From Patescibacteria group bacterium (GTDB taxonomy: Bacteria > Patescibacteriota > Minisyncoccia > Phycocordibacterales > XYD1-FULL-46-19): a stretch of 52,042 bases of DNA. Position 1 is the stretch's first letter. Each line of letters opens with the position of its first letter. The notes beneath the pieces are model-generated. The model had not been told where the DNA came from. It worked only from the letters and a program-made list of their open reading frames with translations, and searched no databases. This document shows positions 38,436-46,523 of this stretch, one piece after another. Location: the NCBI GenBank assembly GCA_048617235.1, contig JBMCHT010000001.1, forward strand, positions 1 to 52,042, given 5' to 3'. The translations under genes were made by a program, and so were the position numbers.

Positions 38436-40394
38436 ATGAAAAATATAATTGGAATAGATTTAGGTACCACTAATTCAGCTGTAGCCGCTGTTCGTGCCGG
38501 CCAGCCTCAGATTATTGAAAATGCCGAAGGTAACAGAACCACCCCTTCAATTGTAGCCGTTTCCAAAACCGGAGAACGCTTAGTTGGACTTTTGGCTAAA
38601 AGACAAGCTATCACCAACCCTCAAAATACCATTTTCGGAATTAAAAGATTGATGGGACATAAATTCAAAGATGAAAATACAACCAGAGATAATGAATTGG
38701 TTTCTTACGAAATTAGCGAAGCCGATGATGGAGGAGTAAAAGTAAAAATGGGAGACAAATACCATCGTCCGGAAGAAGTTTCAGCTATGATTTTACAAAA
38801 AATAAAAAGAGACGTTGAAGCCAAGTTGGGTCAAAAGGTAGAAGAGGCAGTGATTACCGTTCCGGCTTATTTTGATGATTCCCAAAGAAAAGCGACTAAA
38901 GATGCCGGGGAAATTGCCGGTTTCAAAGTTCGCCGAATAATTAATGAACCGACAGCCGCTGCTTTAGCTTATGGCTTAAATAGAAAGAAAAATGAACAAA
39001 TTGCCGTTTACGATTTCGGTGGTGGTACTTTTGATATCTCCATTTTGGAAATAGGCTCAGGCGAAGAAGGTGAACAAAGTATTGAAGTTAAAGCCACTGA
39101 CGGAGATTCCCATATGGGTGGTGAAGATATAGATCAACAAATTATCAAATGGCAGGTAGAAGAATTTAAAAAACAATCGGGAATTGATGTTGGTAAAGAT
39201 GAGCTGGCCTTACAACGATTAAAGGAAGCCGCTGAGAAAGCCAAACACGAATTGTCCACTACCACGGAATCGGAAATTAATATTCCTTTTATTACCTCCA
39301 ATGCCGACGGCCCTCAACATTTACTCTTGAAATTAACCAGAGCTAAATTGGAAGAATTGGCCGATAAATATATTCAAAAATCTATCGATATTACCAAAAA
39401 GGCGGTAGCTGCTTCCGGTTATAAAGTGGAAGATATAGATGAAGTGATCTTGGTGGGCGGACAAACCAGAATGCCCGGAATTCAAGAAGCAGTTAAAAAA
39501 CTATTCAATAAAGAGCCTCATCAAGGAGTTAATCCGGATGAAGTAGTAGCTATTGGAGCTGCTATTCAGGGTGAAATCTTATCCGCTACCGATGAAGGTC
39601 GTCGACCGGAAGGAGATATTAAAGATGTTTTGCTTTTGGATGTTACACCCCTGTCTTTGGGAATAGAAACCTTAGGTGGGGTAGCTACCAAAATAGTAGA
39701 AAAAAATACCTCCATTCCCACCTCCAGAACTCAAGTTTTCTCCACCGCTGCAGATAACCAATCTAGTGTGGAAATTCACATTGTTCAAGGAGAAAGAGAA
39801 ATGGCTGCCGATAACAAAAGTTTAGGTCGCTTTATTTTAGACGGTATCCCACCGGCTCCTCGAGGAACACCTCAGATTGAAGTTAGTTTCGATTTGGATG
39901 CCAACGGTATTTTAAATGTTAAAGCCAAAGACAAAACCAGTGGTAAAGAACAATCTATTAAAATAGAAGCTCAATCCAGCTTAAAGCAAGAAGATATAGA
40001 TAAAATGAAACAAGATGCTGAAAAACATGCCGAAGAAGATAAGAAAAAACGTGAATTAATAGATATTCGCAACCAAGCCGAACAGATTGTTTATTCAGCC
40101 GAAAAAGCGGTTAGAGATTATGGCGATAAAATAGAAGCTGAATTAAAACAAACTATTGAAACTAAAATAGAAGACTTAAAACAAGCCAAAGATAAAGACG
40201 ATAAAGAAGCAATTGAAACAGCTATCAATGCTTTATCAACTGAATTGCAAAAAATCTATGAAAAAATGCAAGCCGAACAACCGGCTGCTGATCAGCAAAC
40301 AACTACGGAACAACCGGAAGAAAACCAAAATACAAATGAAAGTGAAAAAGAAGAAGATGTAGACAAAGATCAAAAAGAAGAAGATAATAAATAA
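38436..40394 (+). CDS. dnaK: Chaperone DnaK
   Basis: [35 protein letters not shown] and NPDEVVA. Confidence 0.98.
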   Translation: MKNIIGIDLGTTNSAVAAVRAGQPQIIENAEGNRTTPSIVAVSKTGERLVGLLAKRQAITNPQNTIFGIKRLMGHKFKDENTTRDNELVSYEISEADDGGVKVKMGDKYHRPEEVSAMILQKIKRDVEAKLGQKVEEAVITVPAYFDDSQRKATKDAGEIAGFKVRRIINEPTAAALAYGLNRKKNEQIAVYDFGGGTFDISILEIGSGEEGEQSIEVKATDGDSHMGGEDIDQQIIKWQVEEFKKQSGIDVGKDELALQRLKEAAEKAKHELSTTTESEINIPFITSNADGPQHLLLKLTRAKLEELADKYIQKSIDITKKAVAASGYKVEDIDEVILVGGQTRMPGIQEAVKKLFNKEPHQGVNPDEVVAIGAAIQGEILSATDEGRRPEGDIKDVLLLDVTPLSLGIETLGGVATKIVEKNTSIPTSRTQVFSTAADNQSSVEIHIVQGEREMAADNKSLGRFILDGIPPAPRGTPQIEVSFDLDANGILNVKAKDKTSGKEQSIKIEAQSSLKQEDIDKMKQDAEKHAEEDKKKRELIDIRNQAEQIVYSAEKAVRDYGDKIEAELKQTIETKIEDLKQAKDKDDKEAIETAINALSTELQKIYEKMQAEQPAADQQTTTEQPEENQNTNESEKEEDVDKDQKEEDNK

Positions 40395-40396
40395 TC

Positions 40397-41461
40397 ATGG
40401 CTAATAAAGATTATTATCAAATTCTAGGAGTCAGTAAAAAAGCCACTAAAGACGAAATCAAAAAAAACTTCAGAAAACTGGCTCACAAATACCATCCGGA
40501 TAAAACCGGCGGTGATGAGCAAAAATTTAAAGAAATTTCCGAAGCTTATCATGTTTTATCTGACGATAAAAGAAGATCCGAATACGATATGTACGGTAAT
40601 GTCTTCTCCGGAGCCGGTGGAGCCGGTCAAGGCGGTTTTGACTTCAGTCAATTCTCCGGCGGTCAGGGTTTTGAGTTTGATCTGGGAGATATTTTTAATG
40701 AATTTTTCTCCGGCGGTGGCGGTCGGGGTCAAAGAGTGCGTCGAGGCCGAGATGTTTCAGTGGATATTCAAATTTCTTTTTCGGAATCAGTTTTTGGTAC
40801 CGAAAGAAAACTTTTAATTAACAAAGTCAGTCAATGCGATACCTGTAAAGGCTCCGGTGCCGCTGCCGGCTCCGGCACTAAAGATTGTCATAAATGTAAT
40901 GGTCAAGGTCAAGTGAGAGAAACCAGACAATCATTTATTGGTTCCTTTTCTACGGTTACCGAATGTGGTTATTGTAATGGTAAAGGGAAGATTCCTGAAA
41001 AACCCTGTCCCACTTGTTCCGGTCAAGGAGTCTTAAAGAAAAATCAAGAAATTAAGGTTAGAATCCCGGCCGGGATTAATAATGGCGAAATGATTAAAAT
41101 GTCCGGTCAAGGTGAAGCCACCCCCGGTGGAGTAGCCGGAGATTTATATATTAAAATTCATGTTGAACCAGACCCAAATTTCAAACGTCGGGGCTATGAT
41201 CTGGAAATGGATCTTAATATCAAGCTGACAGATGCTCTCTTGGGCTCAGAACAGGTCATTAAAACCCTCGATGGGGAAGAGAAGATCAAAGTACCGGCTG
41301 GGGTCTCTTTTGGCGAAATAATCACCATTAAAGGCAAAGGTGTCCCTAAAACAGCCACCGAAAGAGGGGATTTGTTGGTAAAAATAATCATCAATTTACC
41401 TAAAAAATTATCCGGAAAAACCAAGAAAGTGATAGAAGAGTTAAAACAAGAAGGGCTATAA
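40397..41461 (+). CDS. dnaJ: Chaperone DnaJ
   Basis: J-domain HPD, G/F region and four CxxCxGxG repeats. Confidence 0.98.
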   Translation: MANKDYYQILGVSKKATKDEIKKNFRKLAHKYHPDKTGGDEQKFKEISEAYHVLSDDKRRSEYDMYGNVFSGAGGAGQGGFDFSQFSGGQGFEFDLGDIFNEFFSGGGGRGQRVRRGRDVSVDIQISFSESVFGTERKLLINKVSQCDTCKGSGAAAGSGTKDCHKCNGQGQVRETRQSFIGSFSTVTECGYCNGKGKIPEKPCPTCSGQGVLKKNQEIKVRIPAGINNGEMIKMSGQGEATPGGVAGDLYIKIHVEPDPNFKRRGYDLEMDLNIKLTDALLGSEQVIKTLDGEEKIKVPAGVSFGEIITIKGKGVPKTATERGDLLVKIIINLPKKLSGKTKKVIEELKQEGL

Positions 41462-41465
41462 TTAC

Positions 41466-42881
41466 CTATTTTAAAGCTCTAATCATTTTTAGAGCTTTCT
41501 TTTCCAAAGTTTTAATATGATCATTTAAATTATAAATGGTTTCTATATTTTTTTCTTTTATAATCAAAATTTTATCTAATTTAATTTTTTCCAAGAAATA
41601 TCTATCATGAGAAACTATTAGTAAAGAACCGGAATAATCCTTTAACATTTCCTCTAAAGCTTCCATGGTCTCCATATCTAAATTATTGGTGGGCTCATCT
41701 AAAACCAAACAATTAATAGATTTCACGGTAAATAGAGCAAACAAAACTCGAGCTCTTTCTCCGGGACTTAATGAAATAATTTTACCGGTAATATTTTTTT
41801 CATTTAAACCGAATTTAACCAACAATGAAAAAATTTCAGACTGATTTAAATCACTATTTAACTTCATAAACTCAATTACTGTTTTTTCTTTTGGTAAATT
41901 TGTATATTCTTGAGTTAAATTACCGAAAAAAACTTTAGAACCAATTGAGCGTTCACCGGCCAAAGGTTTTAACTCTCCGGTTATAGTTTTTAAAAGACTG
42001 GTTTTACCACTACCATTTAAACCTAAAATAGCCACCCTTTCACCTAAAGAAATATCCAGTGATAGGGGATTTAATTTAAAAGTTTGAGGATGACCAACAA
42101 TCACTTCAGATAATTTAATCCAAAATTTCTTTTCATTTCCTTTTCTATCTATATCCATATTTAAACCTTTTCTGGCAATCGGATTGTCTATTTTTTCCTG
42201 CTGATTTTCATAATCTTCCTTTTGTTTATTAAACTCATCTTGACGCCGTTTCAAATAATTAGTGTAACTGCCGGATTCAAGTAATATTTCAGATTGAGCC
42301 CAATCAAGTTCCATCACCCCTCCAACTACTTTATCTAAAAATTTTCTATCATGGGAAACTACTATACAAGTTAAATTAACCTCCTGTAAAAAGTTTTCCA
42401 ACCAAATTAAAGAGGGAATATCCAAATTATTTGTTGGTTCATCTAAAAGTATTAAATCCGGTTCTGTTAATAAAATTTTAATCAGTTGAATTTTTGTTTT
42501 TTGGCCGGTAGATAATTTATCTAATTGAAAAGAAAGAATTTCTGTTTCAAAACCAAATCCGGTTAAAAAGATTAGTATTTTTAGACGAAGTTTATCATTT
42601 GGCTTTTTTTCATTTTCAAATAAATAACCTTCAACTGTTTGCTTGGTTAAAAAAGATAAGTCTTGCGGTAAATACCCGATTTTGGTTTCTTTTTTAATAT
42701 CTATTAAACCACTATCTATATCTTCTATCCCGGCTATTATTTTTAGTAAAGTGGATTTACCAACTCCATTATACCCAACCAAGGCTATTTTTTGCCCCGG
42801 CTCTATAGTAAAAGAAATATTTTTCAATACAGATCGAGAACCATAACTTTTATTTACTTTTTTAAACTTAATTAAACTCAT
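41466..42881 (-). CDS. ABC-F family ATPase
   Basis: Two ABC domains (GYNGVGKS, GLNGSGKT, LDEPTNNLD twice, VSHDR twice) and no TM segments. Confidence 0.9.
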   Translation of the reverse strand: MSLIKFKKVNKSYGSRSVLKNISFTIEPGQKIALVGYNGVGKSTLLKIIAGIEDIDSGLIDIKKETKIGYLPQDLSFLTKQTVEGYLFENEKKPNDKLRLKILIFLTGFGFETEILSFQLDKLSTGQKTKIQLIKILLTEPDLILLDEPTNNLDIPSLIWLENFLQEVNLTCIVVSHDRKFLDKVVGGVMELDWAQSEILLESGSYTNYLKRRQDEFNKQKEDYENQQEKIDNPIARKGLNMDIDRKGNEKKFWIKLSEVIVGHPQTFKLNPLSLDISLGERVAILGLNGSGKTSLLKTITGELKPLAGERSIGSKVFFGNLTQEYTNLPKEKTVIEFMKLNSDLNQSEIFSLLVKFGLNEKNITGKIISLSPGERARVLFALFTVKSINCLVLDEPTNNLDMETMEALEEMLKDYSGSLLIVSHDRYFLEKIKLDKILIIKEKNIETIYNLNDHIKTLEKKALKMIRALK

Positions 42882-43009
42882 ATAAGAATTATAGCATTAA
42901 ATTACTTGTTGTTAGCTAAGAATAAAATCAAGGGAATATTTCTAAACCTTGATTAAATTTTTATATTTAAACGTTTTTAAAGATTATTAACAATGAAATT
43001 TATTAACTA

Positions 43010-43037
43010 TTGCCAACAGTTTTTTGTTGTTTAAAAT
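43010..43037 (+). promoter_or_regulatory. Candidate promoter for the Gly-rich peptide
   Basis: TTGCCA-N16-TAAAAT with TG extension, about 70 nt upstream of ATG 43107. Confidence 0.45.
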
Positions 43038-43106
43038 GGTTATTAGATAAAACAAGGTCTTTCATAAGGAAAGATCAAAACTCGGATCAGAAAGGAGGTG
43101 AAAATA

Positions 43107-43217
43107 ATGGGAAAGAAAGGTTCAGGCGGCCACGGAGGTGGTCGACACGGCTCTGGCGGTCAACGCGGAGGCGGAGGAGGTGGCACAGGTGGAGCTACCG
43201 GCGTACGAGGCAAATAG
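43107..43217 (+). CDS. 36-aa Gly-rich basic peptide MGKKGSGGHGGGRHGSGGQRGGGGGGTGGATGVRGK
   Basis: SD CAGAAAGGAGGTGA-N5-ATG; 20 of 36 residues are Gly; own terminator. Confidence 0.75.
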   Translation: MGKKGSGGHGGGRHGSGGQRGGGGGGTGGATGVRGK

Positions 43218-43246
43218 ACTCGCTTTCCACTCATTCTTGACCGTAT

Positions 43247-43283
43247 GTCTGGTGTGTATTTCATCTACATACCAGACTTTTTT
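43247..43283 (+). terminator. Intrinsic terminator after the Gly-rich peptide
   Basis: GTCTGGTGTGTA / TACATACCAGAC stem (one G-U pair) followed by T6. Confidence 0.8.
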
Positions 43284-43299
43284 ATGTTAAAATAAATTT

Positions 43300-44577
43300 A
43301 TGGAAAAACATATAATTTCACAAAAAAGGCTTAAAAACGGATCAAATTTGATTCATATAAAAATATCCAATTGGCCACTTTCTTTAATTTCTGTTTGGTT
43401 TAAAACAGGATCAAGGTATGACCCAATAAAAAAGGAAGGTTTAGCTCATTTTGTAGAACATTTATTTTTTAAAAAAACCAAAAATTACAATACTCCTCAA
43501 AAAAAATTTAAAGAAATAGAGTCTTTAGGAATAGAGTTAAATGCTTACACCACTAAAGAAAATACTGTTTATTATCATTCACAAATTAAAGAAAGTACGG
43601 AAAAATCAATCTCTTTATTGTTAGATTCTTTAAAAAACCATTTAATTACTGCTAAAGATGTAGAATCTGAAAAAAAAGTTATCTTAGATGAATTAAATAG
43701 GGATTACCAAGATTCAGATAGTTATATATATACTTTAGCCGAGGCTAATTTATGGCCTCAAGATCCAATCGGTCGAAACATTCTCGGGACTAAAGATAGT
43801 ATAAATAAAATTACTTTTAAAGATGTTAAAGATTTTATTAAAAATAATTATAGTCAAGCCCCCGATTTTCTATTTATAGGAGATATGGAATTAACTGAAG
43901 TAATTAATATATTAAATAAAGAAAATTTAATATTTAAAAATCCAACTAAAGAAAAAATAAATGAAACAGTATCTTCACCTAAATTAATTTTAATAAACAA
44001 AAGACCGGAAAATCACTTGACTATCAGTATAAGCTTTCAAACTGTTTCTATTAAAAACACTTCGGAAAATATTAAATTACATTTATTGATGGCTTATTTA
44101 GCTAATGGTTGGATATCTAAATTAATTGATTCTTTAAGAGTTAAACATAATTTATCTTATTGGGTTAATGGGCAAATGGTTGCCTTAAGTGATAGAGGTT
44201 ATATACAATTTGTTTTTAATGTTGATAAAAAAGAATTGAATCGATCTTTAAAATTAATTTTTAGTGAAATTAAAAAACTAAAACAAATAAATATCGTAAA
44301 AGATGACATTGAAGCTCATAAAAGTTCTTTAATTTCTTCTATTAGACATACCAACATAACCCCATCTGCTTTAATGTGGTGGTATGGATGGGATATGTCT
44401 TTAAATGGAAAAAGTGAAACTCCATCATCTTATATAAATAAAATTAAAAATTTAGATTTTTCAGATATCAAAGAAGTTGCCAAAAAATATTTTAAAAAAG
44501 ACAATTTATCTATCAGTATTATAGGAAATGTTTCAAAAAAAGAAGTAGGGGATATTATTGCAAAAATTAAATTTTAA
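43300..44577 (+). CDS. M16 (pitrilysin-family) zinc peptidase
   Basis: GSRYD....GLAHFVEHL (HxxEH), NAYT and C-domain LR...NLSY; no signal peptide. Confidence 0.92.
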   Translation: MEKHIISQKRLKNGSNLIHIKISNWPLSLISVWFKTGSRYDPIKKEGLAHFVEHLFFKKTKNYNTPQKKFKEIESLGIELNAYTTKENTVYYHSQIKESTEKSISLLLDSLKNHLITAKDVESEKKVILDELNRDYQDSDSYIYTLAEANLWPQDPIGRNILGTKDSINKITFKDVKDFIKNNYSQAPDFLFIGDMELTEVINILNKENLIFKNPTKEKINETVSSPKLILINKRPENHLTISISFQTVSIKNTSENIKLHLLMAYLANGWISKLIDSLRVKHNLSYWVNGQMVALSDRGYIQFVFNVDKKELNRSLKLIFSEIKKLKQINIVKDDIEAHKSSLISSIRHTNITPSALMWWYGWDMSLNGKSETPSSYINKIKNLDFSDIKEVAKKYFKKDNLSISIIGNVSKKEVGDIIAKIKF

Positions 44578-44578
44578 A

Positions 44579-44864
44579 ATGAAATTCTCAAGATCTAATT
44601 TTAAAAAAAATAAAAAAATTTTTAAATCCTTTAGTTGATTCAGTAGTTAAAAAATATATTAAGGATTATAAAATAAAACATCAAACAGATTTAACTTATA
44701 AATTCAATGAACTAGAACAAGCTGGCTGGAAATATTTAGATTTTGCTCTAATAAAATATCTTGAACGAATTGAAGATGAAAATAAAGATTATTTATTTAC
44801 TCAATATTTTACTTGGTTTATAAGGCAGGGAGTTCACGAGTACACAATAATTGAAGTAGAATAA
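44579..44864 (+). pseudogene. Stand-alone sigma-70 region-2-like mini-protein (94 aa), broken by +1 A in the A8 run at 44603-44610
   Basis: Removing one A gives MKFSRSNFKKIKKFLNPLVDSVVKKY...FNELEQAGWKYLDFALIKYLERIEDENKDYLFTQYFTWFIRQGVHEY..., matching the sigma region-2 pattern LV.S.AKKY...DL.Q.G..GL..A..KF...FSTYATWWIRQAI. Confidence 0.7.
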
Positions 44865-44914
44865 AAAAAAATAATTAAAATAATATTAGATTTTTTGTAT
44901 ATTTTATATAAAGT

Positions 44915-44923
44915 TTATCCACA
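44915..44923 (+). promoter_or_regulatory. Consensus DnaA box TTATCCACA inside the duplicated leader (copy at 50510-50518, minus strand)
   Basis: Exact 9-mer match to the DnaA-box consensus; function here unproven. Confidence 0.45.
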
Positions 44924-44996
44924 CCTTTTCTTGCTTTTTTTTTACTTTTACTAAGATGGAAATAGAAACTGCATTCCAACCAAAAAAGGAAAAAGA

Positions 44997-45116
44997 ATGT
45001 TTAATCCTTATTTACCCGATCCTCCGGGTATGGATTTGGAAAAATGCCTGGGAGAAGGATCCGCCTTGCCCCAAGAAACTCATTCCGATCTCAATCATCT
45101 GACAGATGATTTGTGA
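44997..45116 (+). CDS. Possible 39-aa ORF within the duplicated leader (MFNPYLPDPPGMDLEKCLGEGSALPQETHSDLNHLTDDL); second copy at 50317-50436 (-)
   Basis: AAAGGA upstream of the ATG, ends TGA TAA; may instead be non-coding structured RNA. Confidence 0.3.
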   Translation: MFNPYLPDPPGMDLEKCLGEGSALPQETHSDLNHLTDDL

Positions 45117-45145
45117 TAAATTCACACAGAAAGGAGGTGAAAATT

Positions 45146-45232
45146 ATGAGTGACCCTAAGGAGCAGCGTTGGGACAACGATTGGGATGACGGAGCATCCC
45201 AAGATTGCGGAAACCTCCCCTCGGGAAGTTAA
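45146..45232 (+). CDS. 28-aa acidic Trp-containing peptide MSDPKEQRWDNDWDDGASQDCGNLPSGS
   Basis: SD CAGAAAGGAGGTGA-N5-ATG; own terminator; directly upstream of the M16 and S9 peptidases. Confidence 0.72.
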   Translation: MSDPKEQRWDNDWDDGASQDCGNLPSGS

Positions 45233-45252
45233 CTGACACTAAACGCACACTC

Positions 45253-45289
45253 AACCCCGAATCTTCAAAAGATTCGGGGTTACCTTTTT
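45253..45289 (+). terminator. Intrinsic terminator after the 28-aa peptide
   Basis: AACCCCGAATCTT-CAA-AAGATTCGGGGTT, a perfect 13-bp stem, then ACCTTTTT. Confidence 0.82.
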
Positions 45290-45323
45290 AAGTAAAATAT
45301 AATAATATTGTTAATATGTTTAT

Positions 45324-46511
45324 ATGTTAAAAGATAAAATCTCATTTTATTCACAAATTAATTCCAGATTTGGACTTCAATCTTTGGAAATCTGGATTCC
45401 TTATGGTTTTCGTCATGAAAACTCAACTGAAGAAGGTTATACTCATTTAATAGAACATTTAATGATGAGTGGATCCAAAACTTATCCGACAGAAAAAGAA
45501 TTAGCGAATGTTATAGATAAAACCGGGGCTATAATTAATGCCACAACCTCTACAGAATATATGAGAATTTATAGTTTATTTATACCAGAACATTTAAAAT
45601 TAATAACCTCGGTACTTTTTGATAAAATATTTAATCCAATTATAAATCAAAAGAAGATTGAAAAAGAAATTAAAATATTAGAATCCGAAGCCGAACACAA
45701 TAAGTCTAATCCTTTTACTCAAATTCAAAGATTAGCCACCGCTCAAATTTTAAATTCTAGTGGAATTAAAACTGTTATTAATGGAGAAAAACCAAAAAAT
45801 ACACCCACAGCGGAAATTCTTAAAGATTTCTATTATAAAAGATTAACTAATTCTAAGATTATTGTCTCAACAGCTGGACCATTAAAAAAAGACAAGGTAA
45901 TCACAGAAATCAATCATTCTTTGAAAGATTTAAACACTTATTCAAAAATAAAAATTCCGAATTCTTTTAATCTAGAAAAAATACCAACAAAAATAGTGAA
46001 TAATAAAAACAAACACTTGGCTATTTCCTTTAAAACTCCTTCGGCCGTTAACGATCTCAATTATGTTTTTAAAATAATAGGGGATTATTTAACTGGAGGA
46101 TATAATTCGGAGTTATATCAAAAATTAAGACTAAAAGAAGAACTGATATATTCTGCCACTGCTAAAAATGTATTATTTTCAGATATAGGAATTTTTTCTA
46201 TTTATACTCATTCTCATAATATTAACAAAACTATCGATAAAATATTTGAAATATTAAATAACCTAACCGAAAATCCTCAAAAAATAGATTGGAATACTAT
46301 AAAAGATCGCTTAATTCTAAAACAAAAACAAAATAGCTTATCTTCACCTTTAATAAATAGCTATCATAATAGTCATTCTTTCATTACCACCGGAGAATTT
46401 ATTACTTTAAAACAAGAAGAAGAAAAAATAAAGCGAATTAATTTAAAAGATATAAGAAAAGTTTTAAAATATTTAAAACTAAATAAAGCAGTTATAACTA
46501 CAATCAAATAA
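45324..46511 (+). CDS. M16 (pitrilysin-family) zinc peptidase
   Basis: G.THLIEHLM..GSKTYP (HxxEH), NATTS and S.LYQKLR...LIYS. Confidence 0.9.
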   Translation: MLKDKISFYSQINSRFGLQSLEIWIPYGFRHENSTEEGYTHLIEHLMMSGSKTYPTEKELANVIDKTGAIINATTSTEYMRIYSLFIPEHLKLITSVLFDKIFNPIINQKKIEKEIKILESEAEHNKSNPFTQIQRLATAQILNSSGIKTVINGEKPKNTPTAEILKDFYYKRLTNSKIIVSTAGPLKKDKVITEINHSLKDLNTYSKIKIPNSFNLEKIPTKIVNNKNKHLAISFKTPSAVNDLNYVFKIIGDYLTGGYNSELYQKLRLKEELIYSATAKNVLFSDIGIFSIYTHSHNINKTIDKIFEILNNLTENPQKIDWNTIKDRLILKQKQNSLSSPLINSYHNSHSFITTGEFITLKQEEEKIKRINLKDIRKVLKYLKLNKAVITTIK

Positions 46512-46523
46512 AATAATAATTAA

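Larger units (their letters stand above)
44865..45140 (+). repeat. 276-bp leader, copy 1 (inverted duplicate of 50293-50568)
   Basis: By-eye comparison shows it identical to the reverse complement of 50293-50568; identity ends exactly at the SD ...AGGAGGTGA. Confidence 0.95.

Noticed and set aside
2289-42846. Numerous short antisense or alternate-frame ORFs inside housekeeping genes (e.g. 2289..2537, 3488..3736, 15193..15441, 24330..24548, 31141..31518, 35664..36032, 40512..40817)
   Set aside because: Fully overlapped by well-supported genes, with no motifs or RBS.
43010-43240. 76-aa Arg-rich ORF from the track
   Set aside because: Its TTG start coincides with a -35-like element and it reads through the SD; the Gly-rich frame has an ideal SD and spacing.
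44865-44960. Replication origin suggested by a DnaA box in AT-rich DNA
   Set aside because: Only one box per copy, no dnaA/dnaN nearby, and no switch in gene orientation.
45112-45126. CRP-binding site (TGTGA...TCACA)
   Set aside because: The spacer is 5 nt rather than the required 6; treated only as a short dyad.
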